Source: an uncultured Armatimonadetes bacterium
Lineage (GTDB): Bacteria; Armatimonadota; UBA5829; DTJY01
NCBI GenBank assembly: GCA_963717145.1
Contig: OY970325.1
Coordinates: 1,760,001-1,824,000 of the forward strand
Length of the DNA: 64,000 bases
Direction: 5' to 3'
Positions 20,671 to 30,271 of the stretch are shown piece by piece. The notes below the pieces were generated by a model. The model worked only from the letters and a program-made list of their open reading frames with translations. It was not told where the DNA came from and did no database searches. The position numbers and the translations under genes are program-made. The stretch's first letter is position 1; every line of letters begins with the position of its first letter.

Positions 20671-21615
20671 TTACCCACCGTCCTCTGGCGACTCGTCCAT
20701 CATCGCCTTCATGGGACACTCACCACGACAGCAGTGGCCGGACTCCGATGAAGTCGCCGCTTCCGGCTCGATCGCCTCGTCCTCGTGTTCCTCGACATGA
20801 TTCGTCGGCCGTGCTGCGGGCGTGAACTCCAGCTCGGTTGCGAGGTAGTGGGCGATGCCGCCCTCCTCCAGCTCGACGGACACGCTCTCCTTGATGATGT
20901 TGAGGTCGATGACCTTGCCGGGGCCGCGCGGAGTGCCGACGATCGAGTTCATCTTCGGCAGGCGAGTCTTCGCCTCTCGGTAGGTCGGATACTCGTACTT
21001 CAGGCAGCACATCAGTTTGCCGCACACCCCGGAGAACTTGATCGGGTTGAGGAAGAGGCTCTGCTCCTTCGCCATCTTCATCGAGACCGGGTCGAACCCG
21101 GCGAGGAACGATGCGCAACAGAGAGCGCGCCCGCACGTGCCGAGCCCGCCGATGAGCTTGGCTTCATCCCGGACTCCGACCTGGTGGAGCTGCACCTTGG
21201 TCTTGAACGCAGTCGCCAGGTCCTTGACGAGTTCGCGAAAATCGACACGCGACTCGGAGGAGAAGAAGAAGACGATCTGTGAGCCGTCGAAGCAGTATTC
21301 GACATCGATCAGCTTCATGGGCAGGTTGTGCGCGGTGATCTTGTCCTGGCAGAGGTTGAAGGCGTCCTTCTCCTTCTGCCGGTTCGACTCCTCGCGCTCG
21401 TAATCCTCGATCGTCGCCTTACGGACGACCTTCTTCAGTTGCGCGACGAGTTCGTCCTCGCGGACGATCTTCGGCTCGCACATCACCTCGCCGAACTCGA
21501 TCCCGCGGGAAGTGGCGGCGATGACGAAGTCGCCCTCCCGAACGTCGATCCCATTCGGGTCGAAGTAGTAGACTTTTCCGACTTTCTTGAAGCTAACACC
21601 GACTACAAGCGGCAT
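20671..21615 (-). CDS. ricT: PSP1 / stage 0 sporulation family protein RicT (YaaT)
   Basis: GKVYYFDP, RVDFRELVKDL, GVRDEAK..GG.G.CGR.LCC, SGVCGKLMCCLKYE; neighbours metG. Confidence 0.92.
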   Translation of the reverse strand: MPLVVGVSFKKVGKVYYFDPNGIDVREGDFVIAATSRGIEFGEVMCEPKIVREDELVAQLKKVVRKATIEDYEREESNRQKEKDAFNLCQDKITAHNLPMKLIDVEYCFDGSQIVFFFSSESRVDFRELVKDLATAFKTKVQLHQVGVRDEAKLIGGLGTCGRALCCASFLAGFDPVSMKMAKEQSLFLNPIKFSGVCGKLMCCLKYEYPTYREAKTRLPKMNSIVGTPRGPGKVIDLNIIKESVSVELEEGGIAHYLATELEFTPAARPTNHVEEHEDEAIEPEAATSSESGHCCRGECPMKAMMDESPEDGG

Positions 21616-21634
21616 GTGATATCCTCATGGGTCT

Positions 21635-21724
21635 GTAGTGGCCGTGCCTCTGTGCCGGCCTGCCCTACCGATGGCCTGTGCCGGCCATCGGTAGGGCAGG
21701 CCGGCACGGAGGCACGGCCACTAC
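21635..21724. repeat. GTAG-REP doublet (REPIN-like)
   Basis: gtagtggccgtgcctctgtgccggcctgccctaccgatggcc...ggccatcggtagggcaggccggcacggaggcacggccactac. Confidence 0.9.
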
Positions 21725-21736
21725 GAAGCATATTCA

Positions 21737-22042
21737 TCACTCAATGTTCAGCCAGCGGCGGAAGGAACGGGCGATGCGTTCACGGAGAGACGGCTTTCTC
21801 CGCGCCTCGAGTTCTCTCTCGCGATCAGCCTGCTCTCTCATCTCGCAGACCTTGCGGGCCGATCTCTCGAACGCGGACTCGGGCACGTCCGCGCCTCGGA
21901 GCGCCGACTGTGCCATCGCGGCGGCTGCCATCTCGCTCGCGGCCAGGCCTCTCTGCGCGTACTTCTCGAAGAGGTCGCGGGGAGCCGGCTCGTTCCGCTT
22001 ACTCAATTCTTCGATGAATTCCGATAGTGTCTCCTCGGACAT
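21737..22042 (-). CDS. Hypothetical protein downstream of the ECF sigma (possible anti-sigma)
   Basis: 101 aa, overlaps the sigma 3' end, AAGGA RBS. Confidence 0.6.
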   Translation of the reverse strand: MSEETLSEFIEELSKRNEPAPRDLFEKYAQRGLAASEMAAAAMAQSALRGADVPESAFERSARKVCEMREQADRERELEARRKPSLRERIARSFRRWLNIE

Positions 22043-22679
22043 CCTTCGTTTCCTCCATGCGGCCGAGCCCGCCGATCTGCTCGGCCTTCGAGAGGCGATC
22101 CTCGATCTCCTTGCGAAGTGCGATCATTCCTCGATGCAGAAGGGACTTCACCGCTCCCTCGGTACGCTGCATCTCGTCCGCTATCTCCAGCAGCGACATG
22201 TCACCCAGAAACCGGAACACAATGGCGTCGCGCTGGTCCTCCAGGAGGGCCGCAATCGCGTCACGCACGAGGTCCTGTACCTCCCGACGCCGGAGCAGTT
22301 CGTCCGGAGTCGGCTGGAACGATTCCAGAGTCTCCAGGAAGCTGCGCATACCCTCGATGAGCGGCTGATCGAGCGAGACAGTCGCGTGAGCGGCGCGCTC
22401 GCGAGTGACATCTATGCTCAGGTTCACCGCTATCCGATGAAGCCACGGCCAGAGACTCTCGCACCGGAACCCGAACTCGCCGAGTCGTTGAAACGCACGG
22501 CAGAAGGTTTCCGCCGCGACATCCTCAGCATCAGCCTGGTTGTTCGTGTGTAGGTATGCGAGCCGGTAGATTCTCGCGTAGTACCGGCGGTGCAGGGTAT
22601 CGAACCCCGTGGTGTCGCCGGACAGCGTCCGTGCTACCAGTTCGCGATCGCTCTCGCCTTCATAGGGCATCGCGGGCAT
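21999..22679 (-). CDS. ECF-type RNA polymerase sigma-70 factor
   Basis: SDRELV, DAEDVAAETF, WLHRIAVN..ID, EIADEM..TEGAVKSLLHRG. Promoter TTGATA-N18-TAGAAT at 22701-22730 (-). Confidence 0.93.
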   Translation of the reverse strand: MPAMPYEGESDRELVARTLSGDTTGFDTLHRRYYARIYRLAYLHTNNQADAEDVAAETFCRAFQRLGEFGFRCESLWPWLHRIAVNLSIDVTRERAAHATVSLDQPLIEGMRSFLETLESFQPTPDELLRRREVQDLVRDAIAALLEDQRDAIVFRFLGDMSLLEIADEMQRTEGAVKSLLHRGMIALRKEIEDRLSKAEQIGGLGRMEETKDVRGDTIGIHRRIE

Positions 22680-22731
22680 CCTGTGCTAACGTGACAGGGC
22701 ATTCTAGCACAAGATCAGATGTAGTATCAAG

Positions 22732-22930
22732 GTTGCCGAGGCGGAGGTGTGCATTTTCCGCAGAGTGGGTCAGCCTCTCGTTATGCCACCAGAGTGGCTA
22801 CTCGAGGAGAACGGTTGGGTAGCTTGCCAAGCTTCAAAGCCCCAGACCCGTCTAGTCTCGAGTAGGTTTCTCTGGAAACCATAACGAGAGACGGTCGCCA
22901 CCCACTCAACTCGAATGCACCCGAGACAGC
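22732..22930 (+). ncRNA. ssrS: Probable 6S RNA
   Basis: A rod of about 200 nt: gtgcatt/aatgcac, gagtgggt/acccactc, ctctcgttatg/cataacgagag, central region, ctactcgag/ctcgagtag, terminal hairpin followed by UUCAAAGCCC. Length and geometry fit 6S RNA; no covariance model was run. Confidence 0.7.
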
Positions 22931-22978
22931 GTGTGGACTCCGCTCGCATGGGGAACATAATCCAGGAGGAAGGTTTGA

Positions 22979-24627
22979 ATGACCGACACAACTGCCGACC
23001 GCCTTAGACTTGAGGATGTCACCGGGGAGCTGCTCGACCTGAAGTGGCGGATGGACCCCGTGGCCGCCACCGCGCTCGGCATTCACACGTATGACGACAC
23101 CCTGGGGGAATGCTCTCCCGATGCGTTCGGCCGTCTGGCCGCCGAGTTCCGCTCATGCCGAAACATTCTTCAGTCGCAGATCGACCCGACACGCCTCGAT
23201 GCGGATGACCACTCCAACTACGAACTCGCCATGTCTCTCGCCTCGTCGAGCATCATCCGGCTGGAGTGCCTGCGCGACTGGGAGCGGGATCCGTCGTTCT
23301 ATCCGCAGCGGGCGATGTGGGGCATCCATGGCCTGCTCGCATGGGAGTTCCCGCCGGATGAGGTCCGTGCGCACTCGATCTTGAATCGGATGCACGAACT
23401 TCCCGGACTGCTCGACCTCGCCAGAAAGAACCTCACAGGCGCTTCCAACCTCCTCACGCGCATCGGGATTGAGACGACCGAGCAGTGTATAGCCTTCCTG
23501 AATAGGGCAGCGTTCGATCTCCCGGGTGCCAAAGGGGAATGTATCTCCGCGCTGGAGTCATACCGGGCGTGGCTCGAAGACGACCTGATGCCGACGACTC
23601 GAAGGGACTTCGCCATCGGCGCCAATCTCTATGAGCAGCTTCTCTTCTCGGAACACCTTCTCACTTCCGACCCCGGTAGCATCGAGCGACTCGCATCAGG
23701 GTCGCTCATCAATGCTCAGAACGAGCTGTCCGAGATCGCCGGCGGGATTGATCGATCTGCTTCCTGGCAGGAGATCGTGGAGCGCCTCAGGACGGATCAT
23801 CCGGCCGCCGAGGAATTGCTTTCCGAGTATGCGGACGCAATCCAGCAGGCGAGGGAGTTCGTGCGCGTCGAACGGCTGGTCACCATGCCCGAGGACGATC
23901 AGCTCGCTCTTTCCCCGACTCCCGAGTCTCTGTGCGCCATGTTTCCTCGGACCGCATACATTCCGCCGCCTCCGTTCGAGGAGGATGGACGCCACGGTCA
24001 CTTCTGGGTGACGCTGTCGGATCAGGCAGACTCACGGGAGCACTCCAGGTACTACATACCGATCGCGGCGCTGCACGGATCGTACCCCGGACACCACCTG
24101 CAGTTTTCGATCGGTAACCGCGTCGGCGGCCCATCGTGAAGCAGGCCATGAGTCATCTGTTTGCCGAGGGATGGGCGCTCTATTGCGAGGAGATGATGTA
24201 CGAGCAGGGGTTCTACTCCGATCCGCGCGCGCGGCTCTTCCAACTGCAGGACTCGGTCCGGTATGCGTGCCGGGCGCTCGTCGACGTGGGACTTCAGACC
24301 GGGGACATGAGCTTCCACGAGGCGGTCGGGCTGCTGGTGGCAACCGCGGGGATGGACGAGGCGGCCGCGATCACGCAGGTGAGACGCCTGTTGAGGGAGC
24401 CGACTCGCGGGATGACGAGCACGATCGGGAAGGTGCTGGTCCTGGGAATCAGGGAGGAACAGAAGCGCCAACAGGGGTCGAGGTTCGATCTGCGGGCCTT
24501 CCACGACCAACTTCTCAGCTACGGGACGATCCCCACCCCGCTCATCGCCGAGAGGTTTGCGTCACCCGGAAATGGAAAGGGCCGTCGCTCAAGCAACGGC
24601 CCTTTTGGTCGGGGCGACAGGATTTGA
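22979..24627 (+). pseudogene. DUF885 family protein split by a frameshift at about 24130
   Basis: PVAATALGIHTYDD..., YPGHHLQ in ORF1; EGWALYCE and FDLRAFHDQLLSYG.IP in ORF2 (24136-24627). Confidence 0.8.
24577..24606. terminator. Bidirectional intrinsic terminator
   Basis: aaagggccgt-cgctcaagca-acggccctttt, directly 3' of the tRNA. Confidence 0.7.
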
Positions 24628-24682
24628 ACCTGCGACCACCTGCACCCCATACAGGTGCGCTACCAAGCTGCGCTACGCCCCG
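24606..24682 (-). tRNA. tRNA-Pro(GGG)
   Basis: CGGGGCGTAGCGCAGCTTGGTAGCGC...CCTGT-ATGGGGT-GCAGG...GGTTCAAATCC..CGCCCCGACCA, 77 nt with encoded CCA. Confidence 0.97.
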
Positions 24683-24695
24683 ATGTTTCGCGTAT

Positions 24696-24724
24696 ATACT
24701 ACCAAACATGTGCGGTATTGTCAA
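24696..24724 (-). promoter_or_regulatory. Sigma70 promoter of tRNA-Pro
   Basis: TTGACA-N17-TAGTAT with TG extension. Confidence 0.85.
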
Positions 24725-25089
24725 CCAAAATGCGCGTTTTCCGTTCTGACAAGCTCAGCACGATCCGTCAGACGCCTGCATGTTGGCATCTCGATCTCTA
24801 ACCCGACTACCTGCTGACATAGCAACAATACCATGGCTGAGCCGTGCTGTCGAGAATATAGCGCCATCGAAGTATGTTGGTTTGCATACTGCCGAGGACT
24901 GGGTATGAGACATGGTGGCCAGGGAGAATCGCCTATCCGTTCTTCTGCTTTGCATGCTATCCCGATCTGCAACAATCGTAAAGCGGCGGTGAGGTCAGAC
25001 GCAGGACGCGCTTATTCCGTTGCACGAGGCCGACCTGGTACGCCTTGTTGTTGGCTCAGCAAGGTTGGATGCTTCGTAAGGAGGTTACC

Positions 25090-25608
25090 ATGAACGGATT
25101 TCGGATTTCTGCATTGCTGGCGCTCGTTCTGTTCCTCACAGCGGCTGCAATCGGCGCACCCAACGACCCCGCACCGCTCTACGAGTATGCGGCCAAGTAC
25201 ACCTACTGGTCAGATCTGTCGGACGGAGTGTACCAGTGGGCAGTCAGGAACGAGAGCACCACAGCCACACTCACAGGCTGGACCACCGGGAGCGACGTCC
25301 CAATCGATGCGATTCCACGTGCCGCGATCATCCCGGAGGCCGTGTTTCCGCTCCCAACCGTTCAGCCCAGTCTTCCGAGACCCTGGTTCAATGCCTTTCT
25401 CAGCAGCGACCTCGCACCCGTGACGGTGGAAAGCACGCTGTCTTGGTCGGATGGAACATCTACGATGGTGCCGATCTACATGCCGCTTAGCGCACTGAGA
25501 CAGGAGTTGAGGTTGAGGTATGTCATCACTCCTGAGCCGTCCGGACTTCTGGCGCTTGCCCTCGGCATCGGCGGAGTCGTGATGGGGTTGCGCAGAAAGC
25601 TTGGCTAG
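25090..25608 (+). CDS. PEP-CTERM-like sorted surface protein
   Basis: AAGGAGG RBS, signal peptide, C-terminal TPEPSGLLALALGIGGVVMGLRRK. Confidence 0.85.
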   Translation: MNGFRISALLALVLFLTAAAIGAPNDPAPLYEYAAKYTYWSDLSDGVYQWAVRNESTTATLTGWTTGSDVPIDAIPRAAIIPEAVFPLPTVQPSLPRPWFNAFLSSDLAPVTVESTLSWSDGTSTMVPIYMPLSALRQELRLRYVITPEPSGLLALALGIGGVVMGLRRKLG

Positions 25609-25640
25609 CATCCCGGCGGGCTAAGAGGAACCGGATCGCC

Positions 25641-26843
25641 CTACCATATAAGTTCGTGTAAACCAAGCCAGCGGTGATCCTGGAATCGCTTGTTATGCAT
25701 GCCAAGCCAGATGTTCGCCAGATCGCTCTCGGCCTTGAGGAGCGCGATGAGGGCGTAACCAGAAGCCCGCATGTTCACGCAGGTTCGCCCCCACTTGTTC
25801 GGCTCAGCCCCCTCATATACGCCCTGGAATCCGCCGTCGATGCATGGATCGCCCGTATCAAGGAACTGCATGTCCAGCAGCTTCCCAAGCGTCCTGTCCG
25901 CGGCCTGGAGGAGCGCCTCGTCGTTCAGGAGTGTGCCGTAGTCGCGAAAGATCATCTCGGACACAGGAACCGCCGAGGGGATAGTGCCGCCTTCGTAGCC
26001 GCCATCCTCGTCCTGGTGCCTCACCAGCCAGCGCGCGAAGAGCGACGCCTTCTGCATGTAGGACGGATCGTCGAAGAGCCGGCTCGCCGCAATCATCATC
26101 GCCGCGCCGAAATCGTCGTTGTAGGCATGCTGCGGGAGCTTCGTCTGGCCCGGCGTCGGAGACATCACCCTTCCGGTGAACGGATCGCGGTCGAGGTTAA
26201 GGCTGCCGTCGTCGTTGATGAAGTCATCCCGGTAGATGCGGGCGATCGGCTGGAGTCCCCTCTCGATGTACTTCGTGTCGCCGGAAAGCATGAAGAGGTC
26301 GTGCAGGAAGAGGCCCGCCCCCGACTGGAACGACCCTCTGCTGTAGAAGTTGTCGAGCTTCGGATCCATGTACACCGCATAGAGCGGCCAGCCGTTGTAC
26401 ATCCCGTGCCCGACAAGCCAGTCGCCGAAGAGCCTCGCCCGATCGAGGTAGAGCTGATTCCCGGTCGCCTCTGCGAGCCACACGAGTCCCCACGCGGCGG
26501 ATGTTGCATCCCTGGGGGCGAACTCAATGGATTGAGGAGTAAGCTCTCTGATCGCGCCGAAGTACTCGCTGTCACGATCCATGACTTGGAGCGACATGAT
26601 GTACCGGCCTGCGAGTTCGGCTCGTCGGAGGTACTCATCGTTCCCGGTCCGCTTCCAGAGAGCGCACAGGGTCGTCGCAATGTGCCCGCACATCCAGTTG
26701 CCGGTCAGCACCTTCTCGCCGGTGTGCATGTCGTAGCTTCGGATGCCTCTCCCGCGGTTGGCGTCCTGGCGGTCGGTGATCTGGTTGCGGATGATCCACT
26801 CGCCGCAGAGGACCGCGCGGTCGAGGAGTTCTTGGGATGTCAT
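25641..26843 (-). CDS. Hypothetical (alpha/alpha)-barrel protein (six-hairpin glycosidase/epimerase-like)
   Basis: Repeated LxxxTGxxxYLxRA helical-hairpin motifs and QDEDGG; AGGAG RBS. Confidence 0.6.
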   Translation of the reverse strand: MTSQELLDRAVLCGEWIIRNQITDRQDANRGRGIRSYDMHTGEKVLTGNWMCGHIATTLCALWKRTGNDEYLRRAELAGRYIMSLQVMDRDSEYFGAIRELTPQSIEFAPRDATSAAWGLVWLAEATGNQLYLDRARLFGDWLVGHGMYNGWPLYAVYMDPKLDNFYSRGSFQSGAGLFLHDLFMLSGDTKYIERGLQPIARIYRDDFINDDGSLNLDRDPFTGRVMSPTPGQTKLPQHAYNDDFGAAMMIAASRLFDDPSYMQKASLFARWLVRHQDEDGGYEGGTIPSAVPVSEMIFRDYGTLLNDEALLQAADRTLGKLLDMQFLDTGDPCIDGGFQGVYEGAEPNKWGRTCVNMRASGYALIALLKAESDLANIWLGMHNKRFQDHRWLGLHELIW

Positions 26844-26870
26844 CGGTCTCGCTCCTATAAGTCAACCAGT

Positions 26871-26945
26871 CAACTCTGTAGGGGCGTGCCTTGTGCCGCC
26901 CATCACCATGCACCGGGCGGCACAAGGCACGCCCCTACAGAGTTG
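26871..26945. repeat. GTAG-REP doublet
   Basis: caactctgtaggggcgtgccttgtgccgccc...gggcggcacaaggcacgcccctacagagttg. Confidence 0.9.
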
Positions 26946-26949
26946 TGCA

Positions 26950-28435
26950 CTATTGGGGCCACTGTGGCTCAAGGTTGCGCGCCTTGAAGGCATACAGCTT
27001 GGCATCCCTGAGGTAGAACCGCAGGCGGATCGGCTGCTTGAAACGCATGAAGTTCCCCCTGTCGAAGAAGCGCGCGGATTCTGCCTTGAAGTTGACGACG
27101 GCCCGGGTATGATCGCCTTTGATCGGAATGCAGTCGGCCTTCATGCATCCCTCGATGGGGTTGCCGGCGACGTCGGTCACCTCGGTCAGGACCTCTCCCT
27201 TCGATGCATCGACGTTGAGGAGGAACCACGTCGCGCCCGTCGGCTTGAATGGAAGAGTGGTCACTATGCCCTCCTCCTCGGACGACTCCCAGCAGACGAA
27301 GCCGTCGCGCCGGAGAGTGCCCGTTCCGAGCGCGCCATAGCCCGCCTGATAGTGAGGCGCGTTCTTGCCCGCGTACCAGAACCGCATCCGATCGCCCTCG
27401 GGATGCGGGGGGTTGTTCGTCAGGGCGACGTGCTTCGAGTCCCAACTGTCCTCCGGTCCGCGCGCGAGGATCGGCTGGCCGATCCCCTACCCTCTGCCAG
27501 TGATGGAGGTCATGGCTGAGGACGAGTTGCTCCTCCAGCGTCATGTCGTCCGTGCGCATAACGAGCAGTTGGCCCAGGTACGCGTGGCCGTAGGGGATGA
27601 TATACATAAGATAGAGTTGTGTATCTTCCGAGTCCTGGTCGTCGGCCTCGAGAACCGTCTCCATCGCCGTCCAGTGGATCAGGTCGCTGCTCCGGCTCAG
27701 GGCGATATGCCGCTTCCACGGACGCCCCCACCGCTTGCAGAGGTTCGCATGCTGATGGGAGCGCGATGTGAGTATGTAGCCCTTGTTCACCGGGTCGGCG
27801 GAAAGCGAGTGGCAGTCGCCATCGAGCGGGAGCACCGGCGGGAAGTGCATCCGCCAGTCGATGCCGTTCGGGCTGAAGCACATAGTAATGCCCTTGGGAT
27901 AGATCGGATCGTCGTACTGCGTGTAGAGAGTGGCGACGAAGCGATCTTCAGAGTCCCCCGCGCTATATGGAAGCACGTTCCACGACTGTTCAGCCAGGAC
28001 CGAAGTGTCCGGCGACGACCGGTCCGTGAAGCGAATGATGTTGTTCTCATACGAGCCGTCGAAGAGCACGCGGCGCAGTGGGAGCTTCTCCCACTGGAAG
28101 CCGTCCGTACTGATCGCATAGCAGCACGACGATCCCTGGTTGGCGAAAGGCGGAAGATTCTGGCGGTTGGCGGTGCGATCGTAGGCATTGTACCAGCACC
28201 GGAATACCTCGTGCTCCGGGTCCCAGAGAACCACGCCATACAATGGATCCTGCAGCGAGGTGACCGTGCCGTCCGGAGCGAGCCCTTCCCAGCGTTCGGA
28301 GGGGACGATCACCGGTTCGGGGCGCTTCTCGATTGGGCATAGGCGTCGGACGGCGTTCCGGCTGTCCTCGATGATCTGTTCGTCAGCCAGGACATAGAGG
28401 TCCGACTCCGCCCACGTATGCGCGTAGCTCAACAT
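26950..28435 (-). pseudogene. Five-bladed beta-propeller glycosidase-like protein (GH32/43-like); frameshift at about 27480
   Basis: Asp-box-like STDGFQW, SPNGIDW, SSDLIHW and SHDLHHW; continues as QPILARGPEDSWDS...LRRDGF in a second frame. Confidence 0.65.
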
Positions 28436-29799
28436 TTCTCAGGCTCGACTTCGAAGGTGGTCCTGTCCATCTTCGGCACGCATCGGGATTCATCCACCGG
28501 CTGCAGCTTCATCTCCACGGCGACCGTAGTCCCATCGTCTCCGGTCGCCAGGTACATCTTATCGGCAAACGACATCATCACCTTGTAGCCCATGCCCAGA
28601 GTGCCTGCGGTCGAGAAACCGAAAGTCAGCGCGACATCAGGCAGGTTCAGTTCCTCGATCCCGCCGCCCTGATCGGTCACCACGAGCATCAGGCTGTCCG
28701 GCAGACGATGTAGCGATGCCGTGCCTCCGCTGGCATGTTTCAGCGCATTGGTCGTGGCCTCCCCGACGCACATTGCGAACCTGGAGATCCGCTCCTCGCT
28801 GATACCCTCCGCCTGCGCTCTCTCCGTCACGTGCTGCCTTATGCCGCGCAAGTTGGCGGAGTGCGCGATGCCCCATTCCGCAACCGATGGCCCGGCGATC
28901 GCCTCGATCTCCGCGCGGTCCGTTACCTCCAGTTTCCCGCTTGTCGCCGCGAGGAGGGTGCGCCGGTAGAACTCGATCCGATGCTGTTCCGCCAGCCTGA
29001 TCGCTTCCTCGACCCGTCTGCGTTCGGTCACATCCTGGAAGTAGACCGCCAGTCCCTCCACGGACGGGTATGCCCTGATCTCCAGCCACTTGTTGATCTG
29101 GGGGTAGAACTCCTGGAACGCGACGGTAACATGCTGCTCGGCCGCAGCGTGAGCCTCGCGGTAGAAGACCGTATCGGCCATCTCGGGCAACGTGTCCCAG
29201 ATCACTCTCTCCAGGAGTTCATTGGGGCCTCGTTCGAGCAACCGCCCGGCCTCGGGGTTTACGTATGTGAACCGCCACTCGCTATCCAATGCAAGGAACG
29301 CATCGGTGATGCTCTCCAGTATGCGCGTCATGCGCTCGTTGCTCGATGCAAGCTCCTCCGCAAGATGCTCGATCCTCATCTTCGAACGCCGAACCATGAG
29401 CCCGCCGAAACCGCCCACTAATGTGCCCACGAGGAATGCAACGATCCCCGCGGCTCCGGCGGCATCAGTCGTGAGATGCCACCATGGACCCTCTGTATGG
29501 ATGAACAGAGCGAGAAATATGGCCGACGACAGGATGAACGCGAACATAGCAGGGAACAAGCCAAACCAATATGCAACCCCGGCAGTCGCAAGGGTATAGA
29601 AGATCGGGAAGCGTGACAGCGGGAGGAACGCCTCAGCCTCGAGGAGCATAAGCGTAAGGATGGCGTTCAGCAGCGCGGCAACGACATACCCGACCCACGC
29701 GGGCCGGAGTTCCGTCCCCAGGGCGCGCCGAACGTATGCCGCCGAATGGCCTATCAGGCCGAACTTCGCCTTATCATCACTCTGCTGTCTGGGATTCAC
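28429..29799 (-). CDS. Membrane sensor: DUF4118-like TM region + PAS + RsbW/RsbT-type HATPase
   Basis: TM helices; ILESITDAFLALDSEWRFTYVN (PAS); GEATTNALKHA, DQGGGI, GFSTAGTLGMG, GTTV. No HisKA seen. Confidence 0.8.
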   Translation of the reverse strand: MNPRQQSDDKAKFGLIGHSAAYVRRALGTELRPAWVGYVVAALLNAILTLMLLEAEAFLPLSRFPIFYTLATAGVAYWFGLFPAMFAFILSSAIFLALFIHTEGPWWHLTTDAAGAAGIVAFLVGTLVGGFGGLMVRRSKMRIEHLAEELASSNERMTRILESITDAFLALDSEWRFTYVNPEAGRLLERGPNELLERVIWDTLPEMADTVFYREAHAAAEQHVTVAFQEFYPQINKWLEIRAYPSVEGLAVYFQDVTERRRVEEAIRLAEQHRIEFYRRTLLAATSGKLEVTDRAEIEAIAGPSVAEWGIAHSANLRGIRQHVTERAQAEGISEERISRFAMCVGEATTNALKHASGGTASLHRLPDSLMLVVTDQGGGIEELNLPDVALTFGFSTAGTLGMGYKVMMSFADKMYLATGDDGTTVAVEMKLQPVDESRCVPKMDRTTFEVEPEKC

Positions 29800-30018
29800 A
29801 ACAGCCTCCTACATGGTTATACCGCTTTCGGTAAGGCAGGGAAACCTTGCTCGGATACTTGGCAGGCGTATTAGACTCGTGCGATCAACACGATCCACAT
29901 TGTCGGGTTCACATCGGACCGTTCACCACCTCACGTACCCACTCCTTCAGGAAATTCTCTCCAACTGACAAACTTCCTGCTCGCTGGACGCTCCGTTCCT
30001 AAGAGAGGCCCTGGGCGC

Positions 30019-30167
30019 AGAAACTCCCAACTGGGTGGGCGGGCGGGTACAAACTCCGGGAACGGCCCGCCGCATCCGGAGTTTGTACCCACCCGCCCAC
30101 CCAGTTGGGAGTTTCTTTCTGGCCGAAACAACTGCGAGACAGGCACAGTCACATGCTCAGAATGACA
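30019..30167. repeat. About 150-bp palindromic element, copy 1
   Basis: agaaactcccaactgggtgggcgggcgggtacaaactccgg...ccggagtttgtaccc...gggagtttct plus a tail; nearly identical to 45696-45843. Confidence 0.92.
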
Positions 30168-30204
30168 TCCGCGATCATGAACTCCCTCGTGTCAATAGAC
30201 GAGT

Positions 30205-30233
30205 TTGACAAAGCGACCATCTCGGGATACAAT
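30205..30233 (+). promoter_or_regulatory. Sigma70 promoter
   Basis: TTGACA-N17-TACAAT upstream of GGAGG and ATG 30272. Confidence 0.8.
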
Positions 30234-30271
30234 GAGATCGCTCGTCCACTTATCTTCGGGAGGCAGCCCAG

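Noticed and set aside
25035-25051. Sigma-54 promoter before the PEP-CTERM gene (CTGGTACG...TTG)
   Set aside because: The -24/-12 spacing is off by one and the conserved GC is absent.
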